Source: Macrostomum lignano
Lineage: Eukaryota
Reading direction: 5' to 3'
Assembly (NCBI GenBank): GCA_002269645.1
Contig: NIVC01000309.1
Coordinates: 1 to 64,000 of the forward strand
Length of the DNA: 64,000 nt
Under the pieces are notes generated by a model. The model saw only the letters and a program-made list of their open reading frames with translations, was not told the origin of the DNA and did no database searches. Shown here piece by piece: positions 10,788 to 22,222 of this stretch (positions within the stretch are counted from its first letter, which is position 1; every line of letters begins with the position of its first letter). The position numbers and the translations under genes were made by a program.

Positions 10788-10900
10788 TGGAGCTATTTAT
10801 AGAACTCTATGTTCGGCAAGGAACGGAGTTTTTTATTGCTTCGGCGCGAAGAACAAAAAAACGACGCGGGCTAATAACTAACCATGGAAAAACTGCTCAC

Positions 10901-11102
10901 CTGATTCTTGTCCAACTCGCAATTCCTGTACTCTTGCTCGCCCTCCTGTTGAAAAGTGACAATGACAAAGCCAACAAAGATGTTGACCATAAAGAAGGCG
11001 ATCACGATGATGAAAGCGACGTAAAACAACGCCATTGGGGGCCGATTGTTGTAGGTGCCACCCTGGCCCTCCTTATCTGAGTCGATGGACATGTACAACA
11101 GC
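10901..11102 (-). CDS. Cav1: Cav1 exon 16 (IIIS6, III-IV linker)
   Basis: LLYMSIDS...[32 protein letters not shown]|GTGAG; 202 nt. Confidence 0.95.
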
Positions 11103-11198
11103 CTGCAGTAGATAGAGAGAAATTAGTTTTCTTAATGCTCTACTGTCAGTAGCTCGTAGGCTTGTAGGATGAAAAAAGTAATATCGAACTCTACTAAC

Positions 11199-11506
11199 CC
11201 GGGCCAGCCCTCGAATGTGGAGGTGGCAAATAGAGACAGCATGGCGTGAGCCACGTCATCAAAATTGAGATCCTCATTCTCCCATTCTCTCTCCTTCATC
11301 ACGGGCTTGGAGATGTCGTTGTCTTTGTAGAAAATGAAGTAGCCCTGGCACTCTGCTTCCGTGGACTTGGATCCGTCGTTGCACTTTCTGAACTTGCCCT
11401 TGAACAGCTGAACACCGATGACGGCGAACATGAACTCGAGCAGGAAGGTGACCAGCATGATGTTGCCGATGCTCTTCACCGCTACGATCACGCATTGTAC
11501 GACGTG
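11199..11506 (-). CDS. Cav1: Cav1 exon 15 (IIIS5 and pore loop)
   Basis: [39 protein letters not shown]...[10 protein letters not shown] (filter Glu); GTTAGT donor, phase 2. Confidence 0.95.
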
Positions 11507-11703
11507 CTGCGGATTAGGGATTGCAGATTGGGGTTTTGCTGCTTTTAGAAGAATGCATTAGGGAGGGGTCGCAAACCTCAACCAAGCTGGAAGGGTAAAA
11601 TACAGTTTAGAAATTGTTTCACAAAGTCCCGTTTTGACGTGAGTTTGAATTTGAACTTTTTTTTAGCAATTGCGAGTTTAATAGCGCGATTACTCAGCCT
11701 CAC

Positions 11704-11791
11704 CTTGAGCCCCTTGGCCCTGTTGATGGCGCGCAGCGGCCGCAACACTCGCAGAACGCGAAGAATTTTCACGACCGAAAATGTGTCCGAA
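11704..11791 (-). CDS. Cav1: Cav1 exon 14 (IIIS4)
   Basis: [29 protein letters not shown]|GTGAG; phase 2 to 0. Confidence 0.95.
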
Positions 11792-12137
11792 CTGAAAATT
11801 GAAGTACGACATGAATTTATCAATACGTGAGACACAAGTTCACCTTTTTTAATTTAAAATCTTTTTAAAAGTACATTATGCACACGCTTTGAACTTTAGA
11901 ATGCATCAGCTAGCTAAAGCATCTACCTGTGACTATGCAAAAACTGCTGCAAACAAGAACGGACCAAACTTTCCGCCACCACAGGCTAAAAACTTTTGAT
12001 TTGATTTCTGCTCAGTTCACGAAATTGCAATCGCTGGCAATTCTTCATGTAACACTTTTTCTTTCATTCACTGGCAAAGCAAACAAAGGTGTATAGCATT
12101 CCGCAGTCCACAGCTTTGAGAACTGCGGTGCACTCAC

Positions 12138-12244
12138 GGCGAGAATAGGGACATTAAAGCTACAAACACAACCAGCAGGTCCAACAGGTTGAATGTGGAC
12201 CTGCAGAAGGAGCCTTTGTGCAGGATCACACCGTAAGTGACCAC
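12138..12244 (-). CDS. Cav1: Cav1 exon 13b (IIIS2-S3 linker/IIIS3), mutually exclusive variant B
   Basis: gcacag|[37 protein letters not shown]|GTGAGT; 107 nt, phase 0 to 2. Confidence 0.88.
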
Positions 12245-12559
12245 CTGTGCATTGTATTGTGCATTTGCTTATATATCAATATTTGTTAGATGGCTGAACA
12301 TACTAAACTCAATAATGAAGCTACTCAACAAAATAATTAAGAAACAAAAGTAATTATTAAACATAATAATTTATCACTAGGCACAAAAAGGACGACATAG
12401 ATTGAACAAAATTGAGTGCATAAGTAATGTAATGTTTAGCGAAAATGTGGGTTACATGTAGGTTAATGATCACTAAAAAATAATATGTTACTTTACACCA
12501 ACCTGTGACCTTAGTTTAAAAATTAATTAGAAACAAAAATGTCCTCAGGCTAGACATGG

Positions 12560-13580
12560 GACTCCTCAGACTAGAATTGGGATTCCTGAGCCTATAGAGT
12601 TAGGATTCTAGATTGTAGTCTAGACTAGATTGTAGTCCAGAGTTGGGATTCCTCAGACTGGAATTGATTCCTTACATTAGAGTTGGGATTCCTTAGATTA
12701 GAGTTGAGATTCCTCAGACTGGATTTGGGATTCCTTAGATTGGAGTTGCGATTCTTTAGATTAGAGTTGGGATTTCTTAGATTTGAGTTGGGATTCTTTA
12801 GATTAGAGTTGGGATTCCTGAGACTAGAGTTGGGATTCCTCAGACTAGAGTTGGGATTCCTTAGATTAGAGTTGGGATTCCTTAGATTGGAGTTGGGATT
12901 CCTCAGACTAGAGTTGGGATTCCTTGGATTAGAGTTGGGATTCCTTAGATTGGAGTTGGGATTCCTCAGACTAGAGTTGGGATTCCTTGGATTAGAGTTG
13001 GGATTCTTTAGATTAGAGTTGGGATTCCTGAGACTAGAGTTGGGATTCCTCAGACTAGAGTTGGGATTCTTTAGATTAGAGTTGGGATTCCTTAGATTGG
13101 AGTTGGGATTCCTCAGACTAGAGTTGGGATTCCTTGGATTAGAGTTGGGATTCCTTAGATTGGAGTTGGGATTCCTCAGACTAGAGTTGGGATTCCTTGG
13201 ATTAGAGTTGGGATTCCTTAGATTGGAGTTGGGATTCCTCAGACTAGAGTTGGGATTCCTTGGATTAGAGTTGGGATTCCTCAGACTGGATTTGGGATTT
13301 CTTAGATTGGAGTTGCGATTCTTTAGATTAGAGTTGGGATTCCTTAGATTGGAGTTGGGATTCTTTAGATTAGAGTTGGGATTCCTGAGACTAGAGTTGG
13401 GATTCTTTAGATTAGAGTTGGGATTCCTCAGACTGGATTTGGGATTTCTTAGATGGGAGTTGGGATTCTTTAGATTAGAGTTGGGATTTCTTAGATTGGA
13501 GTTGGGATTCCCCAGATTGGAGTTGGGATTCCCCAGACTGGAGTTGGGATTCCTTAGATTGGAGTTGGGATTCCTCAGAC
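12560..13580. repeat. 21-bp minisatellite (GAGTTGGGATTCCTCAGACTA) between exons 13a and 13b
   Basis: Direct inspection. Confidence 0.95.
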
Positions 13581-13788
13581 AATACTGCACAATATTTACA
13601 ATCCGGCTATATTAATTTAGACGCCTCAGTCAGACTTTAAAATAAGCACACCGGAAACTTATTGTCCAGTAATAATAATAAATAAAGTAGATACACAAAC
13701 GAAAAGAAATAACAGCAAAAGCCCATAGAGACACGCGACACCCAGCAGCTGAGAGCAGTCGATTTCAGCTGGATGTCTGGCAACCTAC

Positions 13789-13895
13789 TCAAGAAAGAAT
13801 GAGGCTAAGCTAGTGAGCACGACCAGAATATCGAGCAGGTTGAAGGCCTGCCGACAGAAGGAGCCGTCGTGCAGCACGAGTCCGTAGGCTGTCAC
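13789..13895 (-). CDS. Cav1: Cav1 exon 13a (IIIS2-S3 linker/IIIS3), mutually exclusive variant A
   Basis: ctacag|[37 protein letters not shown]|GTAGGT; 107 nt, phase 0 to 2. Confidence 0.88.
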
Positions 13896-14075
13896 CTGTA
13901 GATTACAGTTTTTGCATTGAGTTCGCTGGGGATGGCTAGTCGCTTATGACTGACTACTCAACAGTTCAACTGAATTTTTTTTAAACTGTGCCATCGATGC
14001 TATAGTCCTACTAATAGTAGATTACGTACTCATGGGATTTTCGCATTTAAACAGCTATTTAGGAGCTAGGAATAC

Positions 14076-14255
14076 GGGGCGGGTTTTAGCCTAGTGGTTA
14101 GAGCGTCGGACTCGCGACTGAAAGGTCGGGAGTTCGATTCTAGACCCAGTCGGAATAATTTGTGTCGTTAAGCAAGACACTTAACTCTGCATTGCTTCAG
14201 TTCACCCATTAGCTGGGGTAATTGAGGGTGTGTGTGGCGACCCCCCCCCCCAGTT
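14076..14255 (+). mobile_element. tRNA-derived SINE
   Basis: A box tagcctagtggttag and B box ggagttcgattc, followed by tgtgtcgttaagcaagacacttaac body typical of SINE cores; no complete acceptor stem. Confidence 0.7.
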
Positions 14256-14411
14256 CTTGGACTGAACAGCCGTACGCAGCCTTCAGATGCGCCGCGCAAT
14301 AGCTGCGGCTGAGCTGTCGGTTGCACATCTGCCCATTAGGACAGGTGTAATCAATTATTATTATCATTATTACGAGCGTAGCCATAGAAATAAAATAACC
14401 GTTTGTCTTAC

Positions 14412-14471
14412 CTTCAAGATGATTTCTATAGTAAATACCGTGGTGAAGAAGTAGTCAAATTTGTTTAAAAT
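14412..14471 (-). CDS. Cav1: Cav1 exon 12 (IIIS2, 60 nt)
   Basis: ILNKFDYFFTTVFTIEIILK; tag/GTAAG; same size and content as vertebrate CACNA1C exon 21/22. Confidence 0.92.
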
Positions 14472-14632
14472 CTACAATCAAATTGGAGTTCAGGTTGGGA
14501 AATTGATTAATAGAACTCGAGATTCAGGTAGGTGGAAAGCGAAATTTTGGCCGTTTTGGTCTAAGTCGGTAGAAGCAGTGGCGTACGCAGGGATTGTAAC
14601 TGGAACAGGCTGTACCCCAAGGGGCGCCAATA

Positions 14633-15900
14633 TTTGCGTCTTGGTGGGCGCCCCTGTCTCTTGGTGGGCGCCCCGTCTCTTGATGGGCGCGCCTGTCTCT
14701 TGGTGGGCGCCCCGTCTCTTGGTGGGCGCCCCGTCTCTTGGTGGGCGCCCCTGTCTCTTGGTGGGAGCCGCTGTCTCTTGGTGGGAGCCGCTGTCTCTTG
14801 GTAGGCGTCCCTGTCTCGTGATGGGAGCCCCTGTCTCTTGGTGGGAGTCCCTGTCTCGTGGTGGGAGTCCCTGTCTCTTGGTGGGAGTCCCTGTCTCTTG
14901 GTGGGAGTCCCTGTCTCGTGGTGGGAGTCCCTGTCTCTTAATGGGAGCCCCTGTCTGTCTCTTGGTGGGAGTACCTGTCTCTTGGTGGGCGCCCCTGTCT
15001 CTTGGTGGGCGCCCCTGTCTCTTGGTGGGCGCCCCTGTCTCTTGGTGGGTGCCCCTGTCTCTTGGTGGGCGCCCCTGTCTCTTGGTGGGTGCCCCTGTCT
15101 CTTGGTGGGAGTCCCTGTCTCGTGGTGGGAGTTCCTGTCTCTTAATGGGAGCCGTCTGTCTCTTGGTGGGCGCCCCTGTCTCTTGGTGGGCGCCCCTGTC
15201 TCTTGGTGGGCGCCCCTGTCTCTTGGTGGGCGCCCCTGTCTCTTGGTGGGCGCCCCTGTCTCTTGGTGGGCGCCCCTGTCTCTTGGTGGGTGCCCCTGTC
15301 TCTTGGTGGGCGCCCCTGTCTCTTGGTGGGCGCCCCTGTCTCTTGGTGGGTGCCCCTGTCTCTTGGTGGGCGGCGCCTCTCTGTCTCTTGGTGGGTGCCC
15401 CTGTCTCTTGGTGGGCGCCCCTGTCTCTTGGTGGGCGCCCCTGTTTCTTGGTGCGCGCCCTTGTCTCTTGGTGGGTGCCCCTGTCTCTTGGTGGGCGGCG
15501 CCTCTCTGTCTCTTGGTGGGTGCCCCTGTCTCTTGGTGGGAGTCCCTGTCTCGTGGTGGGTGTTCCTGTCTCTTAATGGGAGCCCCTGTCTGTCTCTTGG
15601 TGGGAGTCCCTGTCTCTTGGTGGGCGCCCCTGTTTCTTGGTGGGCGCCCCTGTCTCTTGGTGGGTGCCCCTGTCTCTTGGTGGGCGCCCCTGTCTCTTGG
15701 TGGGCGCCCCTGTCTCTTGGTGGGCGCCCCTGTCTCTTGGTGGGCGCCCTGTCTCTTGATGGGCGCCTCTGTCTCTTGGTGGGCGCCCCTGTCTCTTGGT
15801 GGGCGCCCCTGTCTCTTGGTGGGCGCCCCTGTCTCTTGGTGGGCGCCCCTGTCTCTTGGTGGGCGCCCCTGTCTCTTGGTGGGCACCCCTGTCTCTTGGT
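14633..15900. repeat. 20-bp minisatellite (TCTTGGTGGGCGCCCCTGTC)
   Basis: Direct inspection; preceded by a CAGTGGCGTACGCAGGG hAT-MITE-like end near 14577 whose partner end I could not find. Confidence 0.95.
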
Positions 15901-15921
15901 CAGAGCGTCTTGTAGGCTCAC

Positions 15922-16295
15922 CTTGTTTCTGGGATTCTCCGAGTTGACGGGTTCCTCGGCGGCCAGCATGGCGCTGCTGACGAGGATGCAGACCAGCACC
16001 ACGCTGCCGAAGTAAGAGTGGTTGCAGATCCTGTGGCACAGCACCCGGAACCGGTTGGTGCTGCTGAAGACGAACAACGAGGACGCCTCTGGAATTGGGC
16101 GGACTTTCTCTTTGATGTTCAGTTCGGACAGCCGGCGCGGTCTGGCGGTCGTCACCGGCGTCTCCTCAGCCTCGGAGTCGTCGCCACCGTCGCCGTCGCC
16201 TTCGGGCTCTTCGCCGAGTGTCGGCATTCGACGATCGATGTCGTCGTCGTCGCCGCCTAAATCAAGGCGAATGCTTCGCTCCATGCCCGACGCGG
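15922..16295 (-). CDS. Cav1: Cav1 exon 11 (II-III loop, IIIS1)
   Basis: ...PIPEASSLFVFSSTNRFRVLCHRICNHSYFGSVVLVCILVSSAMLAAEEPV...RNK|GTGAG; phase 1 to 0. Confidence 0.93.
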
Positions 16296-16455
16296 CTGAA
16301 AAATATTATAGTAAAAGACTTCACCTGTCCATTGTGTTTAATGGTTATGAATAGCCTCCATAGCTGTCCAAAATGTTATCAAGTTGCATGGTGTGCCTTG
16401 ACATGAAATTGAGAATTTTAAACCTATGCACCAGAGCTGCAGCGCAAACCGCCCA

Positions 16456-16783
<328 letters not shown>

Positions 16784-16800
16784 CGGTAGCCAGCGCTCAC

Positions 16801-17143
16801 CTCTCGAGTTCTCGCCCACAATACCGTCGGGATTTTTGCCATCGTCACCGCCATAGCCGTCGCCGCCTTGGCCGCCTTCGCCAGCTCCGTCGGCTTGTTC
16901 GCCGCCTTCGCCGTCCTTCTTGTCCTGCTCCTCGTCAGTCTCTTTCTTATCGTCCTCGGAGTTGTCAGAATCGGCCAGGTTGTCCACGGCGATGGCCAGG
17001 AAGACGTTCAGCAGGATGTAGTTGCCGCAGATGAACAGAATGACAAAGTAGAAGGCCACCAAGATGCCCACCAGGCTGCCAACACCGCCGTTGCTGTTGA
17101 TGCCGTTGTACATGACGACGTTCCAGTCTTCGCCGGTCAGAAT
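16801..17143 (-). CDS. Cav1: Cav1 exon 10 (domain II pore, IIS6, start of II-III loop)
   Basis: [14 protein letters not shown] (filter Glu)...[14 protein letters not shown]; cag/GTGAG, phase 0 to 1. Confidence 0.95.
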
Positions 17144-17271
17144 CTGCGGTGTGTTGAAAATTGGAGTGTGACCTTGTATTGTACCCGTAAATATTCAAGT
17201 TTCAAATGAAACTCAAATGAGCTCAAAAAACTCCCATGAAGGACATTGTGATTGTGATTACTAGCTGTAAA

Positions 17272-17568
17272 AGCAACCAAAGCACTCAACAGCTCACCTG
17301 GAACACTGTAATCAGCAACCAAAGCACTCAACAGCTCACCTGGAACACTGTAATCAGCAACCAAAGCACTCAACAGCTCACCTGGAACACTGTAATCAGC
17401 AACCAAAGCACTCAACAGCTCACCTGGAACACTGTAATCAGCAACCAAAGCACTCAACAGCTCACCTGGAACACTGTAATCAGTAACCAAAGCACTCAAC
17501 AGCTCACCTAGAACACTGTAATCAGCAACCAAAGCACTCAACAGCTCACCTGGAACACTGTAATCAGC
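17272..17568 (-). repeat. About 7 copies of a 42-bp unit made of the exon 9 3' end plus its 5' splice site
   Basis: Minus-strand unit CTGATTACAGTGTTCCAG|GTGAGCTGTTGAGTGCTTTGGTTG. Confidence 0.95.
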
Positions 17569-18144
17569 GACTGCCAGAAGGAGTCAAAATTGCTTCGGGG
17601 CTTCTCCGAAGTTTCAAAGTTGAATTTGCCGCCAAACAACTGCATGCCGAGCAGCGCGAAGATCACAATGAACAGAAACAGCAGCAGCAGCAGGGAGGCG
17701 ATGCTCTTGATCGAAGCCAACAGCGATGCAACCAGATTCCTGAGCGAGCTCCAGTACCGGGTCACCTTGAACACTCGCAGCAGTCTGGCGCACCTGAGCA
17801 CAGAGATGCCCAGGTTAGGCATGACATTCGTCTCAGTCAAGGCCACCTCGGTCAGCGACGCGATAACGACAAAGAAGTCGAATTTGTTAAACAAGAAGCT
17901 GTAATAAGTGCGAATGCCAAGCGAGTACATTTTCAGCAGCATCTCAAAGGTGAACATGGCTACAAATGCGTAATTGGCTTTGTTCTGAAAGTTCTCCAGC
18001 CAAAGCGGCTGGTCGTAGAACTGGGTGGCCAGCACTCCCGTGTTGCAGAACACCAGCACGATGATCGTCCAGTAGGCCACCTGCGACTTCACGCAGCGGC
18101 GGCAGAAGCGGCGGCAGCGACGGTTCCACTTGTTGAATGCTCGG
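17550..18144 (-). CDS. Cav1: Cav1 exon 9 (IIS1-IIS5 and start of pore loop)
   Basis: [12 protein letters not shown]...[30 protein letters not shown]...[14 protein letters not shown]|GTGAG. Confidence 0.95.
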
Positions 18145-18186
18145 CTGAATAATGAGGCAGTGCGGTGTGGAAGAGTCACTGCGGCC

Positions 18187-18722
18187 TGTCTGTCATCCTG
18201 TCTGTCACCCGGTCTGTCACCCTGTCTGTCACCCTGTCTGTCACCCTGTCTGTCACCCGGTCTGTCATCCTGTCTGTCACCCGGTCTGTCACCCGGTCTG
18301 TCACCCGGTCTGTCACCCGGTCTGTCACCCGGTCTGTCACCCTGTCTGTCACCCTGTCTGTCACCCGGTCTGTCACCCGGTCTGTCACCCGGTCTGTCAC
18401 CCGGTCTGTCACCCGGTCTGTCACCCGGTCTGTCACCCGGTCTGTCACCCGGTCTGTCACCCTGTTTGTCACATTGTCTGTCCCCCCTCTGTCACCCGGT
18501 CTGTCACCCTGTCTGTCACCTTGTCTGTCACCCTGTCTGTCATACTGTCTGTCACCCTGTCTGTCATACTGTCTGTCATCCTGTCTGTCATACTGTCTGT
18601 CATACTGTCTGTCACACTGTCTGCCATCCTGTCTGTCCCCTTGTCTGTCACCCTGTCTGTCACCCTGTCTGTCTCCCTGTCTGTCACCCAGTCTGTCACC
18701 CTGTCTGTCACCCAGTCTGTCA
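18187..18722. repeat. 12-bp minisatellite (TGTCACCCGGTC / TGTCACCCTGTC)
   Basis: Direct inspection; fills nearly the whole intron 18145-18732. Confidence 0.95.
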
Positions 18723-18732
18723 GCCCGCTTAC

Positions 18733-18829
18733 ACAATATTATGAAGGATTCCGTGCTGTCCAGCCTCAGGATTCGAACTCGTGCCCTCATCGTTCTTCTC
18801 ATTCGTGTCGGACTCGTCGGGCAGATTTT
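18733..18829 (-). CDS. Cav1: Cav1 exon 8 (I-II linker)
   Basis: ctaag|AA AAT CTG: NLPDESDTNEKNDEGTSSNPEAGQHGILHNI; GTAAG donor. Supplies the phase 1 to 2 change required by exon 9. Confidence 0.75.
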
Positions 18830-19601
18830 CTTAGAAATCGATATTAAAATGAAAAAAATTGGTTATTTTTCCCTGCTCTGACGCAGAAATTCGAACAAAA
18901 ATTTACGAGCGATCCGTAAAACTCCGAGCACCCACGGAAGTAATTTATACTACTACACTGTCGTTAACTGAGTAGTATGAACAATTCGTTACTGTTAATT
19001 CGAAAGTTTTAAAAAATAAAAGAGAAATAAAAAAGCAAAACTAGTGAGAATGCACATATTTTTCATTGTGATCGTATTCGACTACTCACAGTGGCAGTTA
19101 AGAAAAATGCATGCTTTATTCTAAACTCAACAGGAACATTGAATACACAAATAAAATCAAAATAGAATTCCTGATAACATTACTTGGGAAGTTCATTGCT
19201 GCTATAGCTGTTTTGCAACAACATTCGAACGGTGCGATGTAGCTTAACAAAAAAATTTATACTTTACTCCTTGAACCTCAGCTAATCAGACTATTAATCG
19301 TTTAAATAATTTATTGATTAGCTTTAATTAGCGTATATAGCTGATTAATTTAGTAAACAAAAGTGGAAGTACATTTATAATGTATTTCTTATTTCGTATC
19401 CCTTGACCGTGCGATGCAAGCAAGACGGGGTAAATTCCTAGAATCGGCGGGTGATCTCTGCTTTGTCTTTATGCCTTTATGTCAGTTCATTCTGCCTGTC
19501 TTTACGTCCTTATATTTATCTTTCTGTCTGTTTTCATTTTTCCCTGTCTTTGCATCCGCCTGTCGGACCTTTTCTGCTGTCTTTTTGCATTTCTGTGTCC
19601 C

Positions 19602-20712
19602 TCTGTCTGTCCTTCTACCTGTCTCTTCTGTCTGTCCTTCTACCTGTCTCTTCTGTCTGTCCTTCTACCTGTCTCTTGTGTCTGTCCTTCTACCTGTCTC
19701 TTCTGTCTGTCCTTCTACCTGTCCATTCTGTCTGTCCTTCTACCTGTCTCTTCTGTCTGTCCTTCTACCTGTCTGTTCTGTCTGTCCTACCTGTCCATTC
19801 TGTCTGTCCTTCTACCTGTCTCTTCTGTCCGTCCTTCTACCTGTCCATTCTGTCTGTCCTTCTACCTGTCTCTTCTGTCTGTCCTTCTACCTGTCTCTTC
19901 TGTCTGTCCTTCTACCTGTCTGTTCTGTCTGTCCTTCTTCCTGTCCGTTCTGTCTGTCCTTCTACCTGTCTCTTCTGTCTGCCCTTCTACCTGTCTCTTC
20001 TGTCTGTCCTTGCGTCCTTCTGTCTGTCCTTCTACCTGTCCGTTCTGTCTGTCCTACCTGTCCATTCTGTCTGTCCTTCTACCTGTCCCTTCTGTCTGTC
20101 CTTCTACCTGTCTCTTCTGTCTGTCCTACCTGTCCATTCTGTCTGTCCTTCTACCTGTCCCTTCTGTCTGTCCTACCTGTCCCTTCTGTCTGTCCTACCT
20201 GTCCATTCTGTCTGTCCTTCTACCTGTCTCTTCTGTCTGTCCTACCTGTTCATTCTGTCTGTCGTTCTACCTGTCCCTTCTGTCTGTCCTACCTGTTCAT
20301 TCTGTCTGTCGTTCTACCTGTCCCTTCTGTCTGTCCTACCTGTCCATTCTGTCTGTCTTTGCGTCCTTCTGTCTGTCCTTCTACCTGTCCATTCTGTCTG
20401 TCTTTCCGTCCTTCTGTCTGTCCTTCTACCTGTCCATTCTGTCTGTCTTTGCGTCCTTCTGTCTGTCCTTCTACCTGTCCCTTCTGTCTGTCTTTGCGTC
20501 CTTCTGTCTGTCCTTCTACCTGTCCATTCTGTCTGTCTTTGCGTCCTTCTGTCTGTCCTTCTACCTGTCCATTCTGTCTGTCTTTGCGTCCTTCTGTCTG
20601 TCCTTCTACCTGTCCATTCTGTCTGTCTTTGCGTCCTTCTGTCTGTCCTTCTACCTGTCCCTTCTGTCTGTCTTTGCGTCCTTCTGTCTGTCTTTGCGTC
20701 CTTCTGTCTGTC
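19602..20712. repeat. Pyrimidine-rich minisatellite of about 25 bp (CTACCTGTCTCTTCTGTCTGTCCTT)
   Basis: Direct inspection. Confidence 0.92.
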
Positions 20713-21077
20713 TTTGTGTCCATCTGTCTCTCCTTGTTTCTGTCACTGCTGCCTGTCTGCATGTCCTTTTCGGTCCCCGTTTCAATCCTCTTCTACCCTA
20801 GGCAGCTGTCAAACCGGAGTTCACCTTCATGGTCAAACAAAACTCATGATGTGCGAAGTAGTGTCAGTGACTCTAAACATAGTGTAGTGCTATTGCCGAT
20901 AGACATAATTTGCAGCGTGCAAGGTGTTGTGGTGATGAAGGAAAATTTTCCAAGTTTAAAATTTTGCTTTATTCCCAACTAATAGCGATAGCTCGTACTA
21001 TCAACCACCAGCGGCAGACCTAATCAGGCGGATGTCCTATTCTTTAGTTCTGTTTGTATCGATTAATCAATTCTCAC

Positions 21078-21146
21078 TTTTAATGCGTTTCCGGCGCCTT
21101 CTGATGGCCTTAATGGCGGGGTCAGCTGCGGTGTCAGCCTCCTTGC
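21078..21146 (-). CDS. Cav1: Cav1 exon 7 (69-nt I-II linker exon)
   Basis: gcag|GC AAG GAG: (S)KEADTAADPAIKAIRRRRKRIK; GTGAG donor; phase 1 to 1. Supported by splice signals and frame only. Confidence 0.65.
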
Positions 21147-21384
21147 CTGCTCGATGAGAGACAAAATCATAAAAAATAATTGTTTAAAACTGTGTTGCTT
21201 ATTTTTGCTTCAAATGTTTTTCTTCTGGAGTTCGGCTGAAACACAACTTTGAAACACATATTTCAAAAACTCACTCAATTAAAACAAATATAAAAACACT
21301 CTTTGATAAAACAAAAGCTTTGTTAAGTCACTAATTAGAACAAATATGGGCTACAAACCAAAGACTACCGTATAGTATCAGTAC

Positions 21385-21870
21385 GATAAATATATATACT
21401 ATCTATATATACTACTATTAGTATACTACTAATTTTATACTACTGTCAATATATATTTACTGTCAGTACGAGCGTATACTATTATTTATGTATTACTATC
21501 TATATACTATTTGTATAATACTATCTATATATATATATATATATATATCTATATATAGTATCTGTAGACTACTATACTACTACTACATGTAGCTATATAC
21601 ACCTATTTGTATACTTACAAATACCTACAAACTACTATTTGTATACTACTATCTGTATACTACTATATATATCCTGCTATTTATATACTACTATCTACAT
21701 ACTACTTTGTATACTACTATCTGTATACTACTATTTATATACTACTATCTACATACTACTTTTTGTATACTACTATCTATATACTACTATTTATATATAT
21801 ATATCCTGCTATTTATATACTACTATCTACATACTACTATCTGTATACTACTATCTATATAGTACTATCT
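21385..21870. repeat. Degenerate AT-rich repeat (TATACTACTATC-like)
   Basis: Direct inspection. Confidence 0.8.
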
Positions 21871-22222
21871 AGTAGTCCTTAGCTAAAACAGTCACAGGCT
21901 GAGCTGGTGTTAGTTCAAGCTTTAAACTAAGTTTGAATTTAGAAAAAACCAACAGATTATAAATCAAATTAATAACGTAACTAAAATTTCAACGCCAACG
22001 GAAGTGCTCTACAAAACAATGGGATAAATCTTAGTAGCACTTTAAAGAGAGTACCCTGTTGAGTCGGAGAGTGCCGGTCTGAAATACATTTGTTTTACCG
22101 GAGTCAAATTGTTTCTAAGAAAAATTTCAGTCAGTCACGCCTTTGCGGGTAAAAAACAGGCCGCGGAAGCCGGTTTGCCGACTGTGGAAAAAATTGAGTT
22201 TCAAAATTCAACCAAGACTCAC

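Noticed and set aside
14076-14150. Possible tRNA gene
   Set aside because: A and B boxes are present, but it does not close a cloverleaf and runs into a SINE-type body; called as a SINE.
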